This document shows, one piece after another, positions 1 through 8,941 of a DNA stretch of 64,000 nt; positions within the stretch are counted from its first letter, which is position 1; the number at the start of each line of letters is the position of its first letter. The translations under genes were made by a program, and so were the position numbers. The DNA is taken from assembly GCA_964605525.1 (NCBI GenBank), contig CAZSCV010000001.1, positions 172,645 to 236,644 of the forward strand, in the 5' to 3' direction. This DNA is from an uncultured Bdellovibrionales bacterium (GTDB lineage: Bacteria; Patescibacteriota; Minisyncoccia; Moranbacterales; UBA9337). The notes beneath the pieces are model-generated. The model searched no databases. It was not told the DNA's origin and saw only the letters and a list, made by a program, of their open reading frames with translations.

Positions 1-1
1 T

Positions 2-112
2 CGTCAAAAAAATATGCTGGATAAGAATTGGCGGTTTGACGCGGTTTCCGTATGGCTCAGCGAAGATCAAAAAGAAGCTAAAGTAAAGCATCTGGAAAGT
101 ATCTTTTTGTGA
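2..112 (+). CDS. YraN-family protein, C-terminal fragment (5' end outside window)
   Basis: Frame 2 reads RQKNMLDKNWRFDAVSVWLSEDQKEAKVKHLESIFL*, resembling the YraN ending RFDxxxx...HxENxF. Confidence 0.65.
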   Translation, partial: RQKNMLDKNWRFDAVSVWLSEDQKEAKVKHLESIFL

Positions 113-191
113 ATTGAAAAAGGAGGAAAAGCATGATATGATGGCAATGTGGAGGCAGGCAGTAAATTAAGAGGATAATTATACAAAAAAT

Positions 192-539
192 ATGTTGGAC
201 AAAAATGTTTCAGATGAATTGAAGAAGATGCTACTTAGCGAGAAAGAAAAATTGGAAAACGATTTAGGAAGAATTGCCAATCCGACCGGAACCCCGGGAG
301 ATTATGAGGCAAAGTTTGAAGACATAGGAACAAGTAGCGATGAAAATGCCATGGAAGTGGAAGAATATGCCGACAAATTGGCGCTGGAAAACGATTTGGA
401 AAAACAACTCAAGGATGTTAATGATGCCTTGGAAAGGATGGAAAATGGGACTTATGGATTTTGTGAAAATTGCCAGCAAGAAATTGATATTGAAAGGCTG
501 CGGGCATATCCGGCGGCAAGAACTTGCATTAAATGCTGA
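192..539 (+). CDS. TraR/DksA C4-type zinc finger protein
   Basis: ALERMENGTYGFCENC...IDIERLRAYPAARTCIKC, preceded by a coiled-coil region. Confidence 0.9.
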   Translation: MLDKNVSDELKKMLLSEKEKLENDLGRIANPTGTPGDYEAKFEDIGTSSDENAMEVEEYADKLALENDLEKQLKDVNDALERMENGTYGFCENCQQEIDIERLRAYPAARTCIKC

Positions 540-576
540 ATCCTGCGAATTTACAAATCCTGATACAAATCTACAA

Positions 577-987
577 ATGTTAAGAAAAAAGTTATTTCTT
601 ATAATAGTTAGTTTGATATTTATTGATCAATTGTCAAAATATATTGTCCGTCTTTTTAATGAAGGCGGATTTTATATTTGCAACACAGGGGTGGGTTTTG
701 GAATAAAAATACCGGAAGTTATGTTTTTCTTCTTGTGGATTGGTATTGTTATTTTTCTGATTTATTTGTGGCAAAAAAAATACTTCGTGCATAATACTTT
801 ATACGCAACACTGATTTTGTCTGGCGCTGTTTCGAATATTATCGACAGGATTTTTTACGGATGTGTGACGGACTTTATTGATCTGAAAATATGGCCGGTC
901 TTCAATTTGGCGGATATTTTTATAACAATCGGAGCCATTGGGATTGTCTATACTATATGCAAAAAATCACCCGCTTCTCGCGGATGA
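577..987 (+). CDS. lspA: Signal peptidase II
   Basis: DQLSK, NTGVGFG, GAVSNIIDR, VTDFI and PVFNLADIFI motifs; start placed at ATG 577 within the 340..987 ORF. Confidence 0.9.
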   Translation: MLRKKLFLIIVSLIFIDQLSKYIVRLFNEGGFYICNTGVGFGIKIPEVMFFFLWIGIVIFLIYLWQKKYFVHNTLYATLILSGAVSNIIDRIFYGCVTDFIDLKIWPVFNLADIFITIGAIGIVYTICKKSPASRG

Positions 988-1068
988 TTTTTGTTTTGGA
1001 TTTTGAGCATAGAAGTTGGGGGTGCTTGCCTGCCTTTGGAGGGAATGCCCAAAATCAAAAACTCCTTA
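988..1068 (-). repeat. Repeat family B copy 1, downstream of the RhuM stop; internal inverted repeat
   Basis: Plus strand tttttgttttggattttgagcat...atgcccaaaatcaaaaactcctta; parts recur at 2150-2175 and 5237-5298. Confidence 0.7.
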
Positions 1069-2088
1069 GTTTTCTCCAGTCGGTAAAGATTTCACAAACT
1101 TATCAAAATCAGATTCTATCGCTTGTGTTTTGTTATATTCATCATATTCTTGAAATGCTTTTTGCTCCGCTTGAGCGTGAGAAATTGAACCTTTTCCTTC
1201 AAGCACATCGTATTTATTGAATTCCAAGAAGTTATTTACGGACTCTGCCAGTTTTTCCATCGTGAGAGAGGTGTGATTTTCAATCAATCTTTCAATATAG
1301 TCAAAATAGCCGACGATACCTCTTTCTAGCTTCTTTATTTTATCTTCATTAAGATAATTTTTGGCGATAACTGTGTCTGATTTAAGAATCCTGCCTTTTG
1401 GAGAATTTTTCCAAGTTTTCAGTCCCATGAAAGGTTTTTGCTTGTCTGCTGTTTCATAAATAATCTCAGCTGCGGTTTTGCCGGTAATGGCAAAATGGAA
1501 TTTATTTTGAATTATCGCGTAAAAATTTTTAGCAATCTCGGATGCGGGACTATAATCCATGCTGCATTCAGCAAAAATATCCGTGATTTGCTGGTAAATT
1601 TTTCTTTCACTGGCGCGAATTGAACGGACTCTTTCTAGGAGTTCAAGGAAGTAATCTTTGTCAAAATATTTTCCGTTCTTTAGTCTATCATCATCCATTG
1701 TAAAGCCTTTGATGATATACTCCTTGAGTCTTTCTGTCGCCCAAATACGGAACTGAGTGGCCTCAGCTGAGTTTACTCGATAACCAACGGAAATTATGGC
1801 GTCAAGATTGTAGAATTTTGTTTGGTATTTTTTTCCGTCATTGGCAGTATATTCCAAAATGGAATGAACTGAATTTTCTAGTAGTTCGCCACTTTCAAAA
1901 ATATTCTTCAAATGTTTGGCGATAGCTGGCTGTTGCACGCCAAATAGTCTGGCCATCTTATTTTGATTCAGCCAAATATTTTCGTCATGAAAGTAAATTT
2001 CCACTTTTACTTTGCCACTTGGAGCTGTATAAAGTAAAAATTCTGTCAGCTCATCTTTTATGCTAATTTTATGATTGTTTTTGGGCAT
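1066..2088 (-). CDS. Virulence RhuM family protein
   Basis: WLNQNKMARLFGV...HLKNIFESGEL, YNLDAIISVGYRVNS..ATQFRIWAT, GFTMDDDRLK, RSIRASER. Confidence 0.9.
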   Translation of the reverse strand: MPKNNHKISIKDELTEFLLYTAPSGKVKVEIYFHDENIWLNQNKMARLFGVQQPAIAKHLKNIFESGELLENSVHSILEYTANDGKKYQTKFYNLDAIISVGYRVNSAEATQFRIWATERLKEYIIKGFTMDDDRLKNGKYFDKDYFLELLERVRSIRASERKIYQQITDIFAECSMDYSPASEIAKNFYAIIQNKFHFAITGKTAAEIIYETADKQKPFMGLKTWKNSPKGRILKSDTVIAKNYLNEDKIKKLERGIVGYFDYIERLIENHTSLTMEKLAESVNNFLEFNKYDVLEGKGSISHAQAEQKAFQEYDEYNKTQAIESDFDKFVKSLPTGEN

Positions 2089-2149
2089 GAATTTTGTATT
2101 TTAGTTGAATGAAGCTTGTCTTTATTTTACTATATATGGAGCCTAAGGT

Positions 2150-2175
2150 GAATGCCTAAAATCAAAAACTCCTTA
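2150..2175 (-). repeat. Repeat family B partial copy 2
   Basis: gaatgcctaaaatcaaaaactcctta, 25/26 identical to 1043-1068. Confidence 0.75.
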
Positions 2176-2397
2176 TTGCTTGTAATTTCCGGATTGGTCA
2201 AAGTTCCGCGTAAATGAGTCTCTCCTTCGCAAATCCGCGCACGATATGAAAATATAGAATGATTTTCCTTATTATTAGTGCCCTTTTGAAATTTTTTCCG
2301 CTTTAAGCCCCGTCCTTGACAAATGCTAAATTTTTGCTAAACTACTTTGAACACTAATCTTGGTGTTAAATTGCTCTTACAATTAAGGAGGCTGAAA

Positions 2398-2730
2398 ATG
2401 GCTACAGAACCGAAAAAAGAGGTGTATATTCAATTATGGCAATATCGCTCATCTGCGCTACCTTCGGAATATGGTTTTTCTCTGCATTTTTTAAAAAAAG
2501 ATTGGGAAGCGTTTGTCAAAAATTTTTGGGTGAACAAGCCTGACGATGCCCCAGCAACCTATGAGTGTCAATTTGGTCGACCGTTTCTTTGTGAGATCGA
2601 TCAGGAAATGTTTATGAGAGTAAAAAAAGAAGAAAGTATAAGATTGTACAAAGATTTTCCAGTCGGAATCCCAAAAAACTTTTTAAACCCTGACGCGTGG
2701 GCAAAAACTAAATATTCATGCCCGGAATAA
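2398..2730 (+). CDS. Hypothetical protein
   Basis: ATG at 2398 after an AAGGAGG SD; TTGACA at 2316 and TGnTAAACT upstream; no recognisable family. Confidence 0.6.
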   Translation: MATEPKKEVYIQLWQYRSSALPSEYGFSLHFLKKDWEAFVKNFWVNKPDDAPATYECQFGRPFLCEIDQEMFMRVKKEESIRLYKDFPVGIPKNFLNPDAWAKTKYSCPE

Positions 2731-2851
2731 ACATACCATCTATCATTCACTCACTAAGCTTTACCCCTCGCGGAATTTAATTCCACTTGGGGCTTTTTTA
2801 AAAAAATTTCAAAAGGACTATCTAAATAAATATATTTTTGAACAAAATTTC

Positions 2852-2949
2852 GGACAACGTGCGGCGGACATGAGAAGTTGCAACCGAAGGGAACAATTTG
2901 AGTGGAGAAGTCCGCAAGACTTCGTAACCTCATATCCCTTGTTATATTC
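2852..2949. mobile_element. attC-like recombination site A
   Basis: AAC-spacer-ggacatgagaagtt...aacctcatatcc-spacer-GTT imperfect palindrome; the symporter stop codon forms TAAC on the minus strand. Confidence 0.65.
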
Positions 2950-4327
2950 CCCGAGGGGCTGAAATTGCAAGCTTATTCTTTAATCTAAAAACTTTATCAT
3001 AGAAAATAATCATTACAATTCCTAAAGGTGATGTGATTACAAACGTATTTTCCTTTAAAAAAGGATACGACGCAAGCAACAAAATAGTTGGGATTAAAAT
3101 TGAATAAAAGCTTGCATCAGCCGAAGTCTTTTTAGAGTAAATTCCCGCAATAATTGGAGGTACAAAAATTAAAGCCATATATGTTACAAATAAAGACAAA
3201 GTTATGATATTAGGGATTAAAAAAGCAATTAAAAACCCACCAATTCCAAATATAGCGGTTATAAGCCTAGCATAAAAAATTTCTTTTTTTGAATCAAATT
3301 GATTTTTCTTAAATATCCCTCTGTAAATAATAGTTGAACCTCCAACAAGCAGGCTATCGATTGAAGACATAATAACTGCCAAAATTGAAGCGAAGCCAAT
3401 ACCCACAAGATACGGCGGGAGAATTTTATCCATAAGTAAAAATATCGCTGATTCTTGTTTTATTCCTGAAAGCAAAACAGAGGAAAGTAAGCCTAGGAAC
3501 AAAACTATGAAACCAAGAAGAATTACAAAAGGAATAGACCAGAAAAATGAATTTCTTGCAACTTTTTGGTTTTCAGCTGAAAAAATTCTCTGCCAGTGGG
3601 TTGTATTCCCCAAATATAAAAACCCGCTTAAAATTATTACTCCTATCATCCAACCTATTCCACCGAAACCAAATGGATTGAGATGTCCCTCCGGAACGCT
3701 AGATAAAAGATTTGAGAGACCGCCAACTTCACTATATCCAACAAAAGCAAGGATTAAAAAAACGATCAGAATTATCCAAAACTGAATAAAATCCGTAATT
3801 ATATCTATTTTTAAACCTCCAATTGAGGTATATAAAATAACAACTAATGCAGATAAAATTAAAGCAATCTCATATTCTACACCAACTAAAACAGCAGCCA
3901 AGGATGTAATTGCCACTGCTTGAACCCCAATCCAGATGATTAATAAAAAGATTTGTAAAATACCAGTTAAAATTCTATTTTTGGTATCAAATCTTTTTGC
4001 AAAAAAATCAACAATCGTGTGTGCGTCATATTCATCACCGATAGCTTTTATTTTTTTAGCCATTATTCCAAGAATTAACATTCCTGCAACAAAAGAGATT
4101 GGCAGTGCTAAGCCATAAGAAATGCCCGAGTTATATACTTCTGAAACTACCGCAACCGTTGCACCAGCTCCGACAACGGTCGCAACAGTGGAAAAAGTCA
4201 TAAGCCATAAGCTTGTTTTTTTGTTATTCAAAAAGTATGCACTCAAAGATTCTTTTCTTGAAAAATACCAAGCAATACCAAACATTAATGCAAGATAGAT
4301 GAATAAAATAATTAGTGTTGTATTCAT
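2942..4327 (-). CDS. Sodium:solute symporter (SSS) family transporter
   Basis: About 13 TM segments; YTSIGGLKIDIITDFIQF, WQRIFSA and AVIMSSIDSLL motifs. Confidence 0.9.
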   Translation of the reverse strand: MNTTLIILFIYLALMFGIAWYFSRKESLSAYFLNNKKTSLWLMTFSTVATVVGAGATVAVVSEVYNSGISYGLALPISFVAGMLILGIMAKKIKAIGDEYDAHTIVDFFAKRFDTKNRILTGILQIFLLIIWIGVQAVAITSLAAVLVGVEYEIALILSALVVILYTSIGGLKIDIITDFIQFWIILIVFLILAFVGYSEVGGLSNLLSSVPEGHLNPFGFGGIGWMIGVIILSGFLYLGNTTHWQRIFSAENQKVARNSFFWSIPFVILLGFIVLFLGLLSSVLLSGIKQESAIFLLMDKILPPYLVGIGFASILAVIMSSIDSLLVGGSTIIYRGIFKKNQFDSKKEIFYARLITAIFGIGGFLIAFLIPNIITLSLFVTYMALIFVPPIIAGIYSKKTSADASFYSILIPTILLLASYPFLKENTFVITSPLGIVMIIFYDKVFRLKNKLAISAPRGI

Positions 4328-4465
4328 ATTATAAAGTTAAAGAATAAATATCCTTATTAAGTTTTCTAAAACCCGCGCCCTATTCATTACGTCTTTTGTG
4401 ATAGCAAGGACAGAATGTGCAAAACACCAAGGTGGCAATTCAAAATATCAATTTTCACGACGATT

Positions 4466-4592
4466 GAATATAATGTGCGGCGGACATGCGAAGTTTTTGT
4501 CCGCTTCCTTAATTATATATAAATAGAAGAAAAGGGCAAAAATTTGGGAGAGATCTTTCGGAAAAGACCGAACCACATATGCCTTATTATCA
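4466..4592. mobile_element. attC-like recombination site B (degenerate core)
   Basis: aatgtgcggcggacatgcgaagtt...aaccacatatgccttatt; arms homologous to site A, interior homologous to site C. Confidence 0.6.
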
Positions 4593-4683
4593 AATATATT
4601 GCTCTTTTGCCATCCTAATTACAATGCTTTTAGAGGAGTGTGAGGCGAAGATTGATATCTTCACCTCACACACGTATGCCAGG

Positions 4684-4944
4684 TTATATGATTTCGCAAT
4701 CATCTTCCTGAAAAAAGAGCAACGGATGGCGCGGTATAAACACATCTCTAATCCAAAATTCTGCTGCACTTCCTTTTTCAAATTCAAATAGATGTTCCAC
4801 CATATCAGACATTCTTACAGCGTAGTGGCCACATCGTATAGGTCGTTCAATAATTGGAAGTACTTTGCCCACTAACATTTCTCGTAAACAGTACGGCTCC
4901 TCGTTTTGTTCAGGCGGAGTGCGTAAAACTTTGATTAAAGTCAT
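4684..4944 (-). CDS. Small hypothetical protein between attC-like sites B and C
   Basis: 86-aa ORF with an AGGAGG SD upstream. Confidence 0.55.
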   Translation of the reverse strand: MTLIKVLRTPPEQNEEPYCLREMLVGKVLPIIERPIRCGHYAVRMSDMVEHLFEFEKGSAAEFWIRDVFIPRHPLLFFQEDDCEII

Positions 4945-5022
4945 TGTGTCTACCTCCTATTTATTTAAGATTAATTGGAACCCCTATAAAAGCATTATAT
5001 AAAATGTGTAAAAGAGCAATAT

Positions 5023-5170
5023 TTCCGACGTATCCGAATATGAGAAGTTTTTGTCCGCTTCCCTATTATATATCAATAGAAGAAAAGGGCAAAAATTTGT
5101 GTTGAGTCCCGATATTCCTTATTTATTTTTAAAAGTGAAATCGGGATGAACCTCATATCCGGTGTTGGAC
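5023..5170. mobile_element. attC-like recombination site C
   Basis: gacgtatccgaatatgagaagtt...aacctcatatccggtGTTggac; minus strand begins GTCCAAC (fits RYYYAAC). Confidence 0.6.
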
Positions 5171-5236
5171 GATGTAAATTTATTTTCTTTTTTTATTTTT
5201 TAAATTTGCTTTTATTCTAAATAGATCAAATAAGTT

Positions 5237-5298
5237 TTTTTGTTTTGGATTTTGGGCAGAGGGGTCAGGGGTGAATGACCTTTCCCCGAAACTCCTTA
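5237..5298 (-). repeat. Repeat family B copy 3, downstream of the ATPase gene
   Basis: tttttgttttggattttgggca...aaactcctta; same ends as 988-1068 with a different GC-rich interior. Confidence 0.65.
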
Positions 5299-5314
5299 TA
5301 ATATTAAAGTATGA

Positions 5315-7021
5315 TTACTTCAGTAGACTGTCTAATGCTTCAGAATAATTAGAAGCAATATTGTAATTGTATCTTTTAACTTTTTGCCAAAAAAGATACT
5401 TTACATCATCGTTATTTTTTATTAAGTCTTTGGCCTCTGCTTCAGATGAAATATTTTTTCTTCTTATACATCTTTCAACGCTAGCAAGTTTGGTTGGAAG
5501 AGAGTTTTTTGGAACCCAGGTTCTTGTATTGTAAATATCCGAGATGCATTCCTCGAGATGGTTTTCAAATTCAGAAAATAGATTTTCTGCAGAAAAGTTT
5601 TCTGGTAGAAAAATTAAAAAAACGTTCTTGGTGTCCTTAACTTTATATCTTTCAAATCCGATTTTTGACTTATCGAGTGTATTGTGTTCATAAAATCTAG
5701 AGACTTCATTCTTTCCTTTATCACTGTCTATTATAAAAAATATTTTGTTATTGATAACAAAAGGTGCCGATTGAAAAACGGCAATAAATTTCGATATTTC
5801 CGTAATGCCATTTAAGCCTTTCGTAACATTTATACCAGTATCAATAAATTTTTCAATTGTCCCTGTTTTTTCATCTTCTACAAAAATCAAAGGCTCATTT
5901 TTAGCTGCTAAGAAATAGGCGAAGAAATTTGGGTCACCCATTATTTTACCGATTTCTTTGATTTCGTCATCGGTGAATTGTGAGGTTTGCTTATTTAGAC
6001 TAGATCCAAGAATATTCCAAATAATTTTTTCTTCTGCTATTCTGCTGCCTGCTAATAGCACAGGAGAATGTGTTGATATGATCATTTGAATATTGTTAAG
6101 CCATTTTTCAGAGTTTAATTGTTTGGCTAAATTTGCCAACAAGTCAACATGTAGGAATGATTCTGGCTCCTCCAACAACCAGAGAGGGTGGTATTCTCCT
6201 CTGTGCAAGGTTCGATCGCTGTCAAGTAAGAAGTGTGTAAGATAAAGTATCGTAGATTGTGCACCAGTGCCTTGTGATGTTAATTCAATTTCTGGCGCAC
6301 CCTTGTAGCCAGAAAAATTTATATCAGAAATAGTTATAATATCCCTGATGCTTTTGGGCAAGTTAATAGAAATGCTGCTATCTGGCCACATTTTTTGGAG
6401 ATTTTCAGTTAAGGCACCGGAAAGATAGCTTTTTGACTTTTTTCTTAATTCTTCCCATTCATCTTGCAATTTTTTTATACTCTGGGTAATATTCGATCCT
6501 CTGCCCCAATTTGCCAATAAACGCTGACGTAATTTTTCTTGAGCATTTATTAATAAAGATTGTCCCTCTTGAGGATGTAAATATGTCACTTTAAAACTTT
6601 TTAAAATCTTCAAGATAGCGTCAGGAAAATTTCCTTTTAAAATATCACCATTTATTCTGTATGATGTGGTGACAATTTTTGTGTCGGTGGCGACAGAAAA
6701 ATATTTAATAATTGTTAATTTGTCACCGTACTCTTTAATTAATTCCTGTTTGAATTTTGGAGTGGTTAATTCTTCTAGATCAAATGTTAGGGCTATTTCA
6801 GCGATGTTAGACTCTTTCTTTTTGCTTAAAAACGATGTTTTGTTAATGATATTTCCATCAGATAAAACAGAGTCATCAAAAAAGGCATTTATGGCATATA
6901 ACACGGTGCTTTTTCCAGAATTATTTACACCAACAAAATATGATCCCTCACCTAGATTGAATGATACTTTTTCGCGAAATGTTTTAAAGTTTTTAATGGA
7001 TATTTTGTTGATCAGTGGCAT
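5315..7021 (-). CDS. ABC-type ATPase with probable TOPRIM domain (OLD-family-like nuclease), candidate defence protein
   Basis: Walker A GVNNSGKST, signature SQGTG, Walker B LLEEPESFLH, ISTHSP; C-terminal FVEDE...IIDSD. Confidence 0.75.
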   Translation of the reverse strand: MPLINKISIKNFKTFREKVSFNLGEGSYFVGVNNSGKSTVLYAINAFFDDSVLSDGNIINKTSFLSKKKESNIAEIALTFDLEELTTPKFKQELIKEYGDKLTIIKYFSVATDTKIVTTSYRINGDILKGNFPDAILKILKSFKVTYLHPQEGQSLLINAQEKLRQRLLANWGRGSNITQSIKKLQDEWEELRKKSKSYLSGALTENLQKMWPDSSISINLPKSIRDIITISDINFSGYKGAPEIELTSQGTGAQSTILYLTHFLLDSDRTLHRGEYHPLWLLEEPESFLHVDLLANLAKQLNSEKWLNNIQMIISTHSPVLLAGSRIAEEKIIWNILGSSLNKQTSQFTDDEIKEIGKIMGDPNFFAYFLAAKNEPLIFVEDEKTGTIEKFIDTGINVTKGLNGITEISKFIAVFQSAPFVINNKIFFIIDSDKGKNEVSRFYEHNTLDKSKIGFERYKVKDTKNVFLIFLPENFSAENLFSEFENHLEECISDIYNTRTWVPKNSLPTKLASVERCIRRKNISSEAEAKDLIKNNDDVKYLFWQKVKRYNYNIASNYSEALDSLLK

Positions 7022-7391
7022 AAAAAATATTTAAATCGTTTTCGCAGCGATAGCGGAGAAAACACCTTATTCCCCCTCATTAATTAATAAAAAAACAAAA
7101 TCGAATTCTTTTTAAGAGTTGGGCGAAGCCCAAAAGAAAATATGTATTTCATAACTCGTTATTATGCGAAACTCTAGTTTTTTTTGCGTGTTTTTTGTTT
7201 ATGTAAAAAGTATAGCATATATTCATTTTCGTGTAATCTGGCGGATATTTTCATACTTTTCGGCGTCGTGATGTTGGTTTTTGGTTTTGCGGGAAATAAA
7301 AAAGAAAAGGTGGTATAATAAGGGAAGTAAAAAGTTAAATACATGGCGCATAATAGAAATTTGATGTTTTTTGTTATGTGTTTCATGCATA

Positions 7392-8924
7392 ATGTTTGTG
7401 CCATCTCGAGTATTTTCAGCAGCTACAATTGGACTGGATAGTGAAGTGGTAGAAGTGGAGGTAGATGTCCTTTCCGGAGGGTTGCATCAATTTACCATTG
7501 TCGGCTTGCCGGACACATCCATCAAGGAATCGCGCGATCGTGTTTCCAGTGCTATTAAAAATAGCGGATTCAAGCCGCCTCATCAATGCGGAAGAATCAC
7601 GGTCAACCTTGCTCCTGCCGATCTTCCAAAAATCAGTCCGATTTATGATCTTCCTATCGCGATTGGTTTTTTGATGGCAACAAACCAGATGGATTTTGAT
7701 TTTTCCAAGAAAATATTTGCCGGAGAACTGGCTCTTGATGGAAAAGTGCGCGCGGTGCAGGGAATTTTACCAATCGCTTTGATGGCAAAGGAAAAAGGAT
7801 TTGAGGAGATTTATATTCCCAATGAAAATGCGAGAGAAGCGAGTGTGGTAAAAGGAATAAAAATTATTCCTATCGGCAGTCTTTTTCAAATTGCCAATCA
7901 TCTGATCGGAGATGAAATTGTGAGCGAATTTCCTCCGGCTGAAATTGAAGATTTGTTTTCGGATTACAAAAGTGAATATGATATGGCAGATGTTAAGGGT
8001 CAACAACAAGCCAAGAGAGCAATGGAAATTGCCGCTGCCGGAGGGCATAATATCATTCTTAATGGTCCGCCCGGATCGGGAAAAAGCATGCTGGCAAAAA
8101 CCATGGTTTCAATTTTGCCGCGACTCACAATGAAAGAGGCGCTTGAGGCGACAAAAATATTTTCTATTTCCGGAAAATTGAGCAAAAATAATCCATTGGT
8201 TTTGGAGCGACCGTTTCGATCTCCCCATCACAGCGCCAGTGCCGTTTCTTTGGTGGGTGGCGGGACATATCCCAGACCCGGGGAAATCAGTCTTTCTCAT
8301 CGCGGGGTTTTGTTTTTGGATGAGTTTGCGGAATTTCCGAAAAATGTTATGGAAAGTTTGCGCCAGCCATTGGAAGATGGGGTGATTACGGTATCGCGCG
8401 CCAAGGGAACTTTGAAATTTCCCGCGCAGTTTATTTTAGTGGCGGCAATGAATCCATGTCCTTGTGGAAATGCGACTGATCCGGGAAAATTGTGTTCGTG
8501 CACTCCTTCTCAGATTTCAAGATATCAACGAAAAATATCCGGACCTATTTTGGATAGAATTGATTTGCAAATTGAAGTACCTAGGATTGATTTTGAAAAA
8601 TTAGAGGATGAAAACAGGGGGGAATTGAGCATATCTATTCGAAAAAGAGTGGAAAGCGCAAGAAAAATCCAAGCAAAAAGATTTGAAAAATCGGAGATAA
8701 TCACCAATAGTGAAATGGGTTCCAAGCAAATCAGGAAATTTTGCGTTTTAGACGACCATTGCAAAGATATTTTACGAGGGGCGGTTTCTTCTATGGGACT
8801 TAGCGCCCGGTCATATTTTCGCTTGATTAAAATTGCGCGGACTATTGCCGATTTGGCGGGAGTTGATAATATTAGAGGTGTCCATATTGCTGAAGCAGTG
8901 CAGTACCGGTTTAAATCAGAATAA
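7392..8924 (+). CDS. comM: YifB/ComM Mg-chelatase-like AAA ATPase
   Basis: IVGLPD..IKESRDRV, GPPGSGKSMLA, RPFRSPHHSAS, PGEISLSHRGVLFLDE, AMNPCPCG. Confidence 0.95.
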   Translation: MFVPSRVFSAATIGLDSEVVEVEVDVLSGGLHQFTIVGLPDTSIKESRDRVSSAIKNSGFKPPHQCGRITVNLAPADLPKISPIYDLPIAIGFLMATNQMDFDFSKKIFAGELALDGKVRAVQGILPIALMAKEKGFEEIYIPNENAREASVVKGIKIIPIGSLFQIANHLIGDEIVSEFPPAEIEDLFSDYKSEYDMADVKGQQQAKRAMEIAAAGGHNIILNGPPGSGKSMLAKTMVSILPRLTMKEALEATKIFSISGKLSKNNPLVLERPFRSPHHSASAVSLVGGGTYPRPGEISLSHRGVLFLDEFAEFPKNVMESLRQPLEDGVITVSRAKGTLKFPAQFILVAAMNPCPCGNATDPGKLCSCTPSQISRYQRKISGPILDRIDLQIEVPRIDFEKLEDENRGELSISIRKRVESARKIQAKRFEKSEIITNSEMGSKQIRKFCVLDDHCKDILRGAVSSMGLSARSYFRLIKIARTIADLAGVDNIRGVHIAEAVQYRFKSE

Positions 8925-8941
8925 TTTGACTGTTTTTATGT

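Noticed and set aside
340-576. N-terminal extension of LspA
   Set aside because: It overlaps the DksA-like gene out of frame; LspA homology begins after ATG 577.
4590-4787. 65-aa ORF ending at attC-like site B
   Set aside because: It overlaps the SD-led 4684..4944 ORF in another frame and has no RBS; a frameshifted remnant cannot be excluded but is unsupported.
2852-5298. CRISPR array
   Set aside because: Repeats are long, degenerate and separated by whole genes, and no cas genes are present.
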